From the human T2T-CHM13v2.0 reference genome, Homo sapiens: DNA of 64,000 bases. Below the pieces are notes generated by a model. The model was not told the DNA's origin and made no database searches. It was given only the letters and a program-made list of their open reading frames with translations. The position numbers and the translations under genes are program-made. The stretch lies in NCBI RefSeq assembly GCF_009914755.1, contig NC_060930.1, one strand, 5' to 3'. Positions 1 through 15,877 of this stretch are shown here, piece after piece. Numbering within the stretch: position 1 is the first letter of the stretch; each line of letters starts with the position of its first letter.

Positions 1-940
1 TGATGCTTACCTTGATCATTTGGTTGAGGGGGTGTCTGCCACATTCCTTCACTGTAAAATTACTGTTTTCTCCTTGTAGTTAGTAAATATCTTGTGGGGA
101 GACAGTTTGAAAACCATCCACATATATCCTGTTTCTCCTCATTCTTTTGCCTACTTTAGCAGTCATTGATGGTCCTTGCCTGCAATAATTATTACTGTGG
201 TGTTTGCCTACTGGTGATTTTCTGTTTTCCTCATTCATTTTTATTTATCAGTCGCAATTCTACTATAACAAAAAGGTGATCTTTCTCGTCCATATATTTA
301 TTTATTCAATTATTTATATTAATATGGACTCACGGATGCTTATTTTATTCTATAATCTATAATCCAATATGATCATTATTTTATTGTTCAGATTGTTCTG
401 GCTTGGACTGTTTGGAACATTTTCAGGTTGGCTCTAGTGTCCTTTCAATAAATCTCCATCCTTTTTGACACTTTCTTATTTCTGGCATCACAAGGTGTTC
501 CAGGTATTTATTTATTTATTTATGACATGGGGTCTCGCTCTGTCGCTCAAGCTGGAGTACAGCAGTGCAATCATAGCTCACTGTAGCCTCTATCTCCTGG
601 GCTCAAGCAATCCTCCCACCTCAGCCTCCCAAGTAGCTATGGGCATGCACCACTATGTCTGCCTAATTTATTTTTATTTTTTTAGAGACAGGGTCTTGAT
701 ATTTTGGCCAGGCTGGTCTCAAACTCCTGGCCTCAAGCAATCCTCTTGCCTTGGCCTCACGAAGCCTTAGGATTACAGGGGTGAGACACCATGCCCAACT
801 ACAATCTTATCTTTTATTTCCCCTGCCCCCAGCCCGGAATCAACCACTTCTCCAAGGAAACCCAATTCCTTTTATTGAAGAATGGCATTTAGAAACCAAG
901 ATTTGGGTCTTCTCAGTAGACAGATCTAGGAAATGAACGT
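1..940 (-). mobile_element. Old L1M 3' fragment interrupted by AluJ-like element (506-799, minus)
   Basis: L1MC/ME-like 3' UTR text on both sides of an Alu body with a (TTTA)n tail. Confidence 0.7.
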
Positions 941-941
941 A

Positions 942-1277
942 CAATCATGTACGGTATAATAACATTTCAGTCAAGGATGGATCGCATATATTACAGTGGT
1001 CCCATAAGATTGTAATACTATATTTTACTATACCTTTTGTATGTTCAGACACACAAACACTTACCACTGTGTTAAAATTGCCTACAATATTCAGTTTAGT
1101 AACACACCATACAAATTTGTAGCCCGGGAGCAACAGGCCATACCATAAGGCCTGCGCATCTAGTAGGCTCTGCCATCTAGGTTTGTGTAAGTCCACTCTA
1201 GGATGTTTGCAGAATGACAAAATTGCCTAAGGACGCATGTCTCAGAACATAGCCCTGTCATTAAGCAATGCATATTG
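942..1277 (+). mobile_element. Tigger3a-like TcMar DNA transposon relic
   Basis: ca.tcatg...cagtggtcccataagatt...gcatattg termini, flanked by TA. Confidence 0.75.
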
Positions 1278-3082
1278 TACTAGCGATGGTATACTTTTTA
1301 AAATTTGTGGTCTTCTTTCGCATGTCTTCTGAAATGGCAGGTTAACTATAGTATCTTGCATCTGAAAGGAATTTTTATCAGGGGCATTTGAAGACCGTCT
1401 GTTTTTCATGTAATTTCTTTATATCTTAATGGCATAACAAAATCTTTCAGGACATCTGAAAATTTGATGGAGTTGTTGAATGACTGACATCACTTCATTT
1501 TGTCCACATAATTCATCATTTGTATATTGGTATACAGTGTATATGGACTTATCTTATCCTGAGGGAAATACAAAAAGTACTGTCTATGTAATTCTCTTCT
1601 AAAAATTCCACTTTTCAAAAATAAATGTTTTCAAACAGTAACTTCAGTTGAAATCAGAAACTCCTAGTGGCCTCAAAGAAACCAATTTCATGGTGGAAGA
1701 ACAAAGTCCTTTCTTTAGCAAACACTTTTAATAAAAAATGTGCCTTGTTCTGCACATGGTTGATCACAGCAGTGTCCATCCCTGGGACACTCGTGCAAGG
1801 ACAGCTCCCTCTCTGCAACCTCCCTGCTGTTCTCCCTAAACCTAACAGAGTTTCACCTACAGTTACTTTTGCTTTTTAAACTTTCTATTCTGGAAGAATT
1901 TTAGATTCATGGAAACATTGCAAAGATAGTACAAAGAATTCCTGTATACCATCCACACAGCTCTTCCTAATATATCTTACATAACTATGGCATGTTTTTC
2001 AGAATGATTAAATTAACATTGGTATAAACTATTAACTAAACTGCAGATTTCACTCAGATTCTCAGTTTTTCACTAATGTTCGTTTTCTATTCTGGATACC
2101 ACATTACATTAGGTAATCATTACTAAAAGGAAGTTTGTTTTTTTTTAATTAAGTAAACAGATCATTTATATGCTATTTAAGTTGTTTCAAAATATACTCT
2201 CTTTTTCCTTTCTTCATTTAGGTGTCCTTAATTTAGGTTGCTACTGTGTTTAACTCATGGCCCATACCTCTCCCTTTCAGTGATATACACTATTCCCCCT
2301 TCATCCCATAGATCTTTTGAATATCTAACCTCTCTATAGCACATTCCCTACAACCAGCCTTATCCTAATGATAAAGTATCTGAATATAAATATTGTTTGA
2401 CTTCCTTAGAGCATGAATTTCTTAGGTTCACATTCCAACTACTAATCATGTGCTTCAAAGGCTCTCTAGAATTTTTTTCTAAGTTTCTACACCATGCAAA
2501 ATTTCCACCCTAATTTGTTATAATCAGGTGAAACTCATTTACTTATTGTTTCAACCAAATATGAATCAGGGATCCGCTGTTTTCCAGACACTGTGCTGGA
2601 CAGTATGCTAGGCTCAGAATAAAATAAACCACAAACAGTTACCCTCTGGTGAGGGTAACAGCCATTAAACTAGAAACAAAAGTAGTTTCAGATTGTGGCA
2701 TCACAAATAGGTGAAAACCATTTCCAAGGAGAGAGAATAACAGAGGAAGCCTACTTTAGATTTGGGGATAGGTCCAGACTCTCGGTGGCCTGAAGAATGC
2801 AAAGGTGCAAGCCACAGGACAGGAGAGACATGGGGTGGAGGTGTGTTCCAGGTAGAAGTAACATGTTCAGGGATAGCAGAACTTCTGTTTCTTTCTTACA
2901 TAAGAAATAACTTAATCTTGACCAATGTTTGACATAAAGATTGACACGGATGCTCTCGCTCTCATGTCAAACACCCAAGTGTTCTATGAGAAGAGAGGGA
3001 ATTCCACAACTCAGAAGGGTTGGCCTGAACTTAAAAGTTTGTAGTACCATTTATAAATAATTTTAATTTAAAAATATTTCAG

Positions 3083-3228
3083 GGCCAGGTGCAGCAGCTC
3101 ACGCCTGTAATCACAGCACTTTGGGAGGCCGAGGCGGGAGGACAGCTTGAGCCCAGGGGTTTGAGACTAGCCTGGGCAACAGAGTGAGACTTCATCTCTA
3201 CTTAAAAAAAAAAAAGAAAACTAAAATG
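3083..3228 (+). mobile_element. FLAM-type Alu monomer
   Basis: Single monomer plus A tail; TSD aaaatatttca. Confidence 0.85.
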
Positions 3229-3689
3229 AAAATATTTCATATTGATCTTATCCTTTTAAATTTATATTTCAGAATGCTCTATAATATAGGTACAAATTAG
3301 TACAATAGAACATGTTTCTAATTTGTTTATATAAATATATATAAATCTGTATCTATCCATGTAACAATTGGTCAACTGCTCTTTCTTTCTACCTACCTAC
3401 ATACTCATCCATGCATCCATGCATCCACCCACCACCCCAACACACACACAGGGTGGAAGAGCTTTGCCTACAATTTTTTATTAATGGGTAGACTATCAAA
3501 ACACGTTGGAGGTTTTGCCTTAGAGTATGAATACACTCCTCACTTATGCCAAAAAGCCTTGTTTCATCAACACTACCCCTTTTGTATCTCACTGCCAACA
3601 TAGCTGGGGCTGTGTCTAGACCAGTGATTTCCAAACTTGGCTACTCATCGACATGACCTGAGAGCTGTATTAAAATCAAGTTCTTACAG

Positions 3690-4010
3690 ATGGAACAAGC
3701 AGGATGTTCAGGGCTGTGAAAATATTCTTTATGATACTATAATGGTGGATACATGTTATTATATATGTAGAATTCCTAGAGAATGTACAACACCAAGACT
3801 GAACCCTAATGTGAACTATGGACTCTTGGTGATGATAACGTGTCAATGTAGATTCACTGATTGTAACCAATATACCACTCTGTGGGGGACCTTGATAATG
3901 GAGGAGGCTATGCATGTGTTAGGCTAAGGGGTATGTGCAAAATCTCTGTATCTTCCACTCAATTTTGCTGTGAATCTTAAACTGCTCTAAAAGACTAGTC
4001 TTTAAAAAAA
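3690..4010 (+). mobile_element. L1MC/MD 3' end inside a MER5-like hAT relic (~3620-4170)
   Basis: aatgtgaactatggactc...gataatggaggaggctatgcatgtgt...aactgctctaaaa is a typical L1M 3' end. Confidence 0.7.
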
Positions 4011-4494
4011 AATCAGATTCCTGGGCTTTATTCCTGGCAGATTCTTATTTGGCTTCAGATGGGGCTTTGAAAGCTGTAATTTTAAAGACAATTAAATTGC
4101 TCAATGCAACGAGCTATGCAATACCTCCTTAAATTGCTCAATACATTGGAAGATTTGGGAACCACTGGGTAAAAGATGTAGGAATGTGTTTTGTGGTCCA
4201 GATATCTATATTTTGAAATGCGTATTTATCTGAGTCACCTGTATACTTTTTCTCTTCACATCTAAACACATTCCTTAAAGACAGGGGAAGCAAGTCTTCC
4301 TCATTCTTAGTAAATATTTTGCTTGGTGTACCATTATCCAGACTATATGTACTATTTGGTGATGTTGAAAATATTTCTTTAAAAAAGGGTATTATGGTTT
4401 TTAAAGTACTAAGGTGATATCAGAAATAACAGATGAACAGTAATCTAAAATATCCAAGCACTAAATATGTGCAGAGTAATTAAATATCTCTGAC

Positions 4495-4600
4495 CTGGAA
4501 CCAGGATGGTAATGGCTGTCTGTACCGCCTTCCGAATGATACTGTCTAAGGCAAACATCCAGTGCGGCTTGATGTTATGATTCCGAAGAACTTTATTGAC
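4495..4600 (-). CDS. MAP3K5: MAP3K5 exon (~25), 106 nt, [35 protein letters not shown](E)
   Basis: ctctccag|GTCAAT...TTCCAG|gtcaga; not in the ORF track but in frame with the previous exon. Confidence 0.96.
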
Positions 4601-4948
4601 CTGGAGAGAGAGTGACATTTAGCCTACTTTAATTTTTAATTGCAAATAGCCTAGATGATCGAAGCACTTGTATGAAGTTCCATTTACAAAACAACTAAAA
4701 AGTTTCTTCAACTTGAATTCTTTGTAATTCTTTATGTCATTGGAAAACAAAGTAAAAATTGCTACTTCAAATCAAAGTTTAGTGAGCCCCATGTAAGCAA
4801 ATAAGTTATTTAAGTGAAAGGCAGTCTGGTTCAAATGAGAATGTTGCTTCTTTGGGACTCAGAATGTGCAGTTTTTAGCTTTTATAATGTCTGCAGAATG
4901 GATGGAGGGAGGGGGTGAAGGAGGAAGACAGGGTCTAAGAGACTTTAA

Positions 4949-5540
<592 letters not shown>

Positions 5541-5993
5541 ATTACCTTTGTAAAAACAAGCTTTTAGCATAAGACTATGACAAGCTCACTTAGATTTTGG
5601 GTTAACTCTACTACCTGCTGGCTTACACAGACCTCTAAAAAAAGAGGCTATTTCCCCAACAGGGCTCTGGTTAGATACCTCTGAGTATCTATAGTATGAT
5701 TATGGAAGTATAATTTTATTTAAATTCCAAAAATTTAATCACCATCCCTACTGCAGCTGGGGAGATGGTGACCCAGCCACAAACCCATGTCAAGAGCTGG
5801 AGCTCCAGTTGCTCATGCCTGTCCTTGGTCCATCTTCATCAAACTCCCCTAGTTTGGAAGAGAGTCAGTTTGAGGACTTCATCGTACTAGTTGCACAGGA
5901 AATGAACCCTTGCTAGGTTCCCACTTGTTCTAGAAAATCCATCCAGGCTGAGTTTGTCCTGGTACCTTCATTTCTTTAAAAAATTTACATACT

Positions 5994-6290
<297 letters not shown>

Positions 6291-6429
6291 TTACATTCTT
6301 ATTAGGTGGAAGAGGGATCTGTTATAACCATAACCTGCTCCTCTCAGCTCTTTATTACATAGCAAATTACATCATAGGGCCCATACTTTGGGTTCATTCT
6401 CATCCTGGACAGTGAATGAGCAAGAGCAG

Positions 6430-6455
6430 GCGTGTATGTGTACACGTGTGTGTAT

Positions 6456-6499
<44 letters not shown>
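6430..6499. repeat. (GT)21 microsatellite within 70 nt of unbroken purine-pyrimidine alternation
   Basis: Read directly from the sequence. Confidence 0.95.
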
Positions 6500-6500
<1 letters not shown>

Positions 6501-7374
6501 TGACCTGGCCCAAGGCCCAGGAGTACAACCCAATAGCTCTCAGTCTGAATTCTACAGCAAACTTGCTTTCCAACCTCTAGGCTAGAGGCCAAATGTGTGG
6601 GCAAGTGCAAATTAGCTAAATTATTTCACTCTACTTGCAGGCAGTTGGGTTTCCCTAGTTGCAGCATAAGCATGCTTTTAGCATTTAATATTAGTGATAG
6701 GCTTTGCCAGTTGCTTTAATTTCTTATGCCCTCAATCAACTCAGGACTCTTGTCCCTGCCCACAATATAGCATAAAGACCAAGTGGCTTACACAGTGTCT
6801 CAGAGAATGCTAGTAGTTATTGAAGGATTCTAATTTGGCTTTAAATTGGGGATCATTTGATGTTGCAAATAAAATTGTCAACACACTTTCTACAAAGAAG
6901 CAATACACACATTAGGGCTGAATTAATTTTGGAATTTAAATAAAATTATACTTCCATATTTATACCACAAGCACCATCAAGAACCCTCTTATTTCAGTCT
7001 CCCACATCTTGTTAAGGGTCTCCTGGAGGTGGCTTGAGGCTTTTTTGGCACTGAGTTCCACAGATAAGTCTCACCCAAGAATAACACAGAGGGTTCTGAA
7101 TGCAGTACAGAAGACTGGCTTTAGTTTGTGTTGCATAGCAACTCAATTTTGGAGAGAAGACTTCTCAGCAATCTCTCATTAGATCATGTGCTTTAATTTT
7201 TAATCAGTGATGCTCTGTACTCTGAAAGTATACTTCTGGCTAGAACAGAGTAGGTATTTATGAAACAAACATGTTAAAAATGTTCTATATGAAAACTAGA
7301 GAAAAACTGGAAAAAAATTAACTGGTTTTATTCAGCAGTGACCATTTCAATCTGTACTATTAAATTTTTCTCAA

Positions 7375-7393
7375 TGGCCACTAGATGGCATTT
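7375..7393 (+). promoter_or_regulatory. Candidate CTCF site
   Basis: tggCCACTAGATGGCAttt is a close match to the CTCF core consensus, in unique intronic sequence. Confidence 0.55.
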
Positions 7394-7744
7394 CTCATAT
7401 AGCATTAGAAAATGTATGACTAAAGTGTGTTACGTTGCTAAAGTTGTCAAAATAAACAATGACCCAACATAATTTCATAAGAACGAAGTTCAGCCATGGG
7501 AAATATTTTGTTATTTTCCATGGTGATTTGGTTTTATGTGTTTTTTAATTTGGGGAATGCAAACACACAAAACAACAAATCAGATACTTAGAAGCACACT
7601 GAGAGGCGAATATCTCACATTTTTCATCCAAAAAGAATAGAGTTCACTGGAATTTTAAAAGAAAAATAACAGAACTTATGTTTTATCTTATTTTTCTAAC
7701 TAATTTTAGTGTGTGGGAAAACACTGGCAAAATATCATACTTAC

Positions 7745-7930
7745 AGCATCTTGAAAACCAAAGAGTACCACCTGGACTTGGCTAATGCCATGGCTGTCGA
7801 AGTCCAGCTCCAGTTTCAGCTTTGACAGTGTGGTGGCTATGATTTTTCGGTCAGTGGATCTCACAAATTCTCTGAGGCTTGCAATGAGGGTTGTGATGTG
7901 TTCCCATTTTAGTTTCGGTTCTTCAGCCCC
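7745..7930 (-). CDS. MAP3K5: MAP3K5 exon (~24), 186 nt, GAEEPKLKWEHITTLIASLREFVRSTDRKIIATTLSKLKLELDFDSHGISQVQVVLFGFQDA
   Basis: tcacag|GGGGCT...GATGCT|gtaagt; phase 0-0. Confidence 0.97.
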
Positions 7931-8018
7931 CTGTGAATAAAAATCAACAATCCTTACATCAACATATGCTGGATATACCTGCCATGGTAATCCTATCTCC
8001 ATACCCCCTGCCCCCACA

Positions 8019-8155
8019 TTTTTTTTTCTTTTGGTAGAGACAAGGTCTCACTATATTGCCCAGGCTGGTCTCGAACTCCTGGGCTCAAGCGAGCCTCCCA
8101 TCACTACTTCCCAAAGTGCTGGGATTCCAGGCATGAGCCACCATACTTCCCACAG
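8019..8155 (-). mobile_element. FLAM-type Alu monomer
   Basis: T tail followed by a single monomer. Confidence 0.8.
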
Positions 8156-8508
8156 CCCTTTCTGAGAAGAACTGGACTTCCAAATGTCTCCAAAGGAAAG
8201 ACCATATTTTGAACTATATGGCACCTCTTCAATCCTCCTACCAACACCAAGAAATAATCAGAGAGAAAAGGTACCTGCCCCACACGCTGGTCAGTAGCCA
8301 TGATATAGTCAGATAACAAAGCTTTGCCCAAAAAGACTAAGGCCATAAGATTCTTTCAGAAATTTTAATTGGGAACTAAAAAGAGATTTGAGCAATAAGC
8401 CATAGGATCTCAACCTGAAAGTCTGCCCGGAAAGAGAAGCTATAAAATAGGGTCATGAATATGTCCAACCATAGCAGAAGCAATGGAATTGAGAAAGACA
8501 ATAGGGAG

Positions 8509-8880
8509 TGTATTAGTTCGTTTTCACACTGCTGAAAACACATACCCGAGACTGGGCAATTTACAAAAGAAAGAGGTTTAATTGGACTTACAGTTCCACG
8601 TGGCTGGGGAAGCCTCACAATCACGGCAGAAGGCAAGGAGGAGCAAGTCACATCTTACTTGGATGGCAGCAGGCAAAAAGAGAGAGCTTGTGCAGGCAAA
8701 CTCCCATTTTTTGAAAGCATCAAATCTTGTGAGACTCATTCATTATCACAAGAACAGCACAGGAAAGACCTGCCCCCATAATTCAATCACCTCCCACCAG
8801 GTTCCTCCCACGACACATGGGAATTGTGGGAGTTACAATTCAAGATGAGATTTGAGTGGGGACACAGCCAAACCATATCA
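8509..8880 (-). mobile_element. THE1/MST (ERVL-MaLR) solo LTR
   Basis: TG...CA ends (tgtattag...aaccatatca) and perfect 5-bp TSD gggag. Confidence 0.9.
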
Positions 8881-9282
8881 GGGAGGGAGAGGAGAAGTGG
8901 ACAAGAACAGAAATGCACACCAAGCAGGTCAACAGCAACCAAGCCAGAGAAAAGATGTGCAAACTCCGGGGACTTGAAGTTCCTCAGGCTCATATTCTGT
9001 TTTCAGTGTCTGTGAGACTCGGCTAGGCACTATGATTGGAATTCCTTAAGAGTCTACTTCCCTTATTGCTATGCGTGTCTACCTATAACATGTCCTTGGT
9101 ACTTCAGTTGTCCTAACGGTGTGTCAGTTCCTTGCAACCAAGAGGGGCTGATCTCAAACTTCATTTTTGAAACTACCCCTTACCCATCAATGAAGCAATT
9201 GCTTCTAAGAACGGACCGATGGACTATTTTATTACACTAAAATATATTACAATGTTCAAACAAATGCTCTTTCTCAAAATGA

Positions 9283-10001
<719 letters not shown>

Positions 10002-10819
10002 CACACTGCTTCTTTAAGGAAGCACAGTAGGATGTTATTTGTTCCCATTTAACTTTAAGAAAATATAAGAAACTTTAAGAAACTATTATATCATTTTTAT
10101 TTTATATTGTACATTTTCTTACTGTACCATTAAAATTAAAATTCCTCCACTGGGCTGTGAAAATTATAATTTCTAGGAGTCTATTAAAATAAAAAAGAAA
10201 TGCACCATCGAGTTCTTTCTCTTAATATATTTTCATTTGGAAGCTTGGTCTCATGTTTATGTTTTCATGAGATAAGATTATATTGAAAAGCTTGAAAGCT
10301 GTCATTAAACGAATACTTTAAAATCACAATGGGAACCATTATAAACTTTGTTGGTTTTTTCCTTACCACAAACTAAACTGCACCCAAGGTAAAGATTCAC
10401 AGGCAAAATCATAACATCATGAAAACATGTTCAAGAAGAAAAATGTGAGTTATGCAGAAATTGGAAGCTTCTCTTAGTAAAAACTCAGTTGCAACATGTT
10501 TGCCAATAGCAAACTTCAAATGGCAAACTTTTTTTTCGACATTAACTTTGTTTTTACAACAGAAAAACATGTTGCTTCTGGTTTTTTGATGTGTGTGCTA
10601 CTGTCCTGCAAAGGAACATGCTCTACTCTGGGAAATGTTTTCTGTTCAGACTATTTCATCTACTTACGTCATCATTTATTTCTGTTCTGACTCCAGTCTC
10701 TCCATGTTAACTCACTCATGTGCCTTCAAAAACAAGCATCTTGGCTAGTATCTGGTGAGCCTGACTCAGCATCAGCATAGATTTAACGGTATGCATTTCC
10801 TGCACTCCTAGTACCAGGT

Positions 10820-11263
10820 TGTGATGGTTAATACTGAGTGTCTACTTGATTGGATCGAAGGATACAAAGTATTGATCCTGGGTGTGTCTGTGAGGGTGTT
10901 GCCAAAGGAGATTAACATTTGAGTCTGTGGGCTGGGAAAGGCAGACCCACCCTTAATCTGGGTGGTCAAAATTTAATCAGCTGCCAGTGTGGCTAGAATA
11001 TAAGCAGGCAGAAAAATGTGAAAAGAGAGAGTGACCTAGCTTCCCAGCCTACATCTTTCTCTTGTGCTAGATGCTTCCTGCCCTCAAATATTAGATTCCA
11101 AGTTCTTCAGTTTTGGAACTCAGACTGGCTCTCCATGCTCCTCAGCCTGCAGACAGCCTATTGTGGGACCTTGTGATTATGTGAGTTAATACTTAATAAA
11201 CTCCCCTTTACATATATATGTATTCCATTAGTTCTGTCCCTCTAGAGAACCCTGACTAACACA
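10820..11263 (+). mobile_element. MLT2A1/MLT2A2 (HERV-L) solo LTR, 444 bp
   Basis: tgtgatggttaatactgagtgtc...cctctagagaaccctgactaacaca; AATAAA near 11196; TSD caggt/caggg. Confidence 0.88.
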
Positions 11264-12429
11264 CAGGGTCTTCTGCAAAGATGCTCTCCAGTCTTTATCC
11301 TTTAAACTTCCTCAAAAACCAGGAAAGGATTTCAGAAGGATGTTACAGATTAAAAGGCTTTTCATGGTTTAAGGGTTTGAGGACCTGACCAATATCTAGA
11401 TTTGGTTTTGTTATAAAGTGTAGGCTTAAATATAGATACAAATATGTATCTAGAAACAATACAATGGCAATAATTACTTCTGATTGATTGTAGAAAAAAA
11501 TTAAAGATATTAGATAACTATTATTAGCCTGCTTGATAATGATAACAATAACAGTTAACAATTGTGGAATATTTTCTGTTATGATTTAAATCACTCACAA
11601 TCTCAGTTACTCCTGATAGCAAGCTTATAAAGTAGACTCCTCTATCATAGATGAGGAGGTTCAGGCTCTGAGAAGTTAAATCGGTTGCCCAAATTGCACA
11701 GCCTTTAAGTGATGGAACCAGGCCTCAAACAGCAAGCTAAGCCCAAGCTCCTAACCATTCTATTCTACTGCCCCAATGACCTGCAATAGCAGCTGTCAAC
11801 CTGGGTCAGGACCTGTTCTACCACTGAATCACCATTTGATGTCACAGGAAAGGATTCCCAACATCCTTAACAGCAGTCAGAAGGGCCCCACCATCATGTG
11901 GCCATTATGGATTCAGCATGTGATTCTGATCAGCAGTTTCGGGTACTCACTGGTAGCTTCATGCTGGTCCCCTAAGGCATGCCCTCTGATGGTTGCTTTT
12001 AAGGTTTTCTTTCATTTCTCCTTTTACAGAGGACATTCAAATGCACTTTAAAACCAGGAGGCACCAAACAATTGAATATGACTAACCACTCCCACATTTA
12101 ACTATTTCAGCACAGTCATAGAAGTGATGACCAAGGCAGTCCTATCCCTGATGATGCTATGGTCCAGCAGGGAGACAAAGAATAGACCCCAACAAACTGG
12201 CATTTCCTGTACTGGAAAAGCACATTCTTTGGGGGTAATTAGAGATTTAGGCAATTCCTGGGTTTTATGTGTTTTTGACCTAAAATCAAGCATTTTAAAG
12301 GTCCACAGGAGAGGCCTTCACTCTGCAGTGGCTAATGGTGATTTACTTTCTTTCTTCACCTCCAATGCCTAATCCCCACCCCACTTTATGTTTTCCTAGC
12401 ACTTGTCACCATCGGGCCTACCAGCGAGG

Positions 12430-12840
12430 CAGAGCAATGTGGTGGTTAAAGCAAAAACTTCAGAGCCAAACTGCCTGGGTCAAAATCCTAACTCCATCAC
12501 TTAGGACTGCATGACTTCGGCAAACTACTCAAGTCCTCTGTGCCTGTTTCCTCATTCGTAAAATGAGGATGCTAATAGAACTATTGGTATAGTATTACTG
12601 TCATGAAAATTAAATGAGCAAATACACATGGAATACTAAGAACAGTAACTGGCCTAAAGAAAATGTTAGCTGTTATTACTATATGTTTTATATATATGTA
12701 TAGTTTTTCTTCTTCTGCTAGAATGTCAACTTCAAGGGGATGCAGATATTTTTGTTCAGTTCGCCACAGCATCCCCAGCACATAGTACAGTGCCTGGCCT
12801 TCGACTGATGCTCAATAAGTATTTGTTGAATGAATAAATG
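12430..12840 (+). mobile_element. MIR and L2 3'-end fragments
   Basis: MIR core (ctgtgcctgtttcctcattcgtaaaatgagg) and L2 tail (ctcaataagtatttgttgaatgaat). Confidence 0.7.
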
Positions 12841-13729
12841 AAAGAACTCCAAGGGCTGCCCAGCTGCTCTCTCCATCCAGCTTGGTTCCTCTTCTTGGGT
12901 CAACCCAGTCCTATTCTCAGTCTTTGAATGATCACCGTGAGCCAAAGGAAAGGCCAGAGAGAAAGCTGATGGCTCGAGACCACTCCAGTCTCCACCGCCA
13001 CGAAGCATGCATGACACTCATCCTCCCTGGACTCAGAGGCCAGCTACCCCTCACTCTAGAGCACCTTCTTCCTGGGCCTCAGAGTAACTGCCCGAGACAG
13101 CTTTCCTTTAGGACCCAAGTCAAGGTTTTTGAGAGTGTGTAGAAAACACTCATTTCAGCTCTCCTTGTACTGAGGCCCTACTGGCACATATATGGCCTTT
13201 CAGCTCCTTCTATGAGATCTAAAGAGGTGGACATTAGGGAATTCCTAAGGCGATAAAATGTTTAGCAAAGAAGCACAGTGAGTTTCTCAAGGCAGAGACA
13301 GGCTGAGATTGTTTACTAAGAGCCAAGAGAGAGCTTTGCTCCATTTACATCTCAATAAAAGATGAGAACAGGTAAACTGTTGTACTGAGAGACTTTAAAA
13401 ACTTGGCTAGACTCCTCTAGCCCCAACCTTTTTTTGCAGCTATTTCCTCAGGACACAGGGAGGGAAGAAGCTATGTGCAGTAGTCCACAGTGATCATGAA
13501 GGACAGGTAGAGGCCACGGCAAGGGAGGCAGGTAGATGAGTTCCCAGTACCCATTGAACTAAAAGAGGATGAGAAGTGTCATACCAGGGACTGAGTGTGT
13601 CTGTGGGAGGTTGTATCCACAAGAAGCTTGGGGCTGAGGGAAATCCATTTTTCTCCTGGTGCATATTTGGGAAGGGGATTCTTCCTTGTGTTTGTACACA
13701 GAATTCCAGGGAACACATTTTCCCAGGTA

Positions 13730-14535
13730 TTATGGTTCTGTGTCCTCCAAATTCGTATGTTGAAGCCCTAACACTCAATGGGATATATTTGGAGACAGGG
13801 CCTCAAAAGGGATAATTAGGACTAAGTGAGGTCGTAAGGGTGGGGCCCTAATCCAATTGAACTGATGTTTCTGGTGTCCGTATCAGAAGAGGAAGAGACA
13901 CCAGGGCTGCAAGTGCACCAGAAAAGGCCATATGAGCACATGATAATAAGAAGGTGGCCATCTGCAAGCTAAGCAGATAGGCCTCAGGAGAAACCAAACC
14001 TGCCAACCCCTTGATCCTGGACTTTCAGCCTCCAGAACTGTGAGAAAATACATTTCTGTTGTGTAAGCCACCCAGTATGTGACAGTTTGTTATGGTTGCT
14101 TGCCCTGGTTTGGATGTGATTTGTCCTGTCAAAATTCATGTTGAACTTTAATAGCCAATGTAATGATACTGAGAGGTGGCAGAGTCTTTAAAGAGGCATT
14201 TGGGTCATGAGGCTCATGAAGGGATTAATGCAGTTAATGTAGTTCTCAACAGACTGGGTTAGTTCTCAGGAAAGCAAGATGTCATAAAGCCAGTTGGCTC
14301 TCCTTGTCTCTCTCTTTTTTCCACTCAAGCCCCACTGCCTTTCTACTTTCTACCACGAGTTGAAGCAGCATGAGGCCCTCACCAGATGCAGATGGGCCAC
14401 TGGATCTTGGACTTCCTAGCCTCCAGAACCATGAGCCCAAATAAACCTCTTTTCTTTATAAATTACTGAGTCTCATGTATTCTATTATAGCAACAGAAAA
14501 TGGACTAAAACACAGCCCTAGCAAACTATTATACC
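13730..14535 (+). mobile_element. MLT1B-like LTR with an MST-type LTR (~14100-14512) nested near its 3' end
   Basis: MLT1 text breaks at ttgttatgg and resumes at cagccctagcaaacta after a complete MST LTR. Confidence 0.75.
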
Positions 14536-14606
14536 AAGGAATGATAGGTTCACTGACAAGCTTTTGTTTTCTTCAGAGTACATATGGCCTTCTAAACTAT
14601 TACATA

Positions 14607-15877
<1,271 letters not shown>

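Noticed and set aside
7494-7523. Short hairpin ccatgggaaata-ttttgt-tattttccatgg
   Set aside because: A 12-bp imperfect AT-rich stem is too short for a pre-miRNA and is expected by chance.
8376-9015. Cluster of overlapping ORFs
   Set aside because: THE1/MST LTR-derived; similar peptides recur at the second THE1 (15112-15315).
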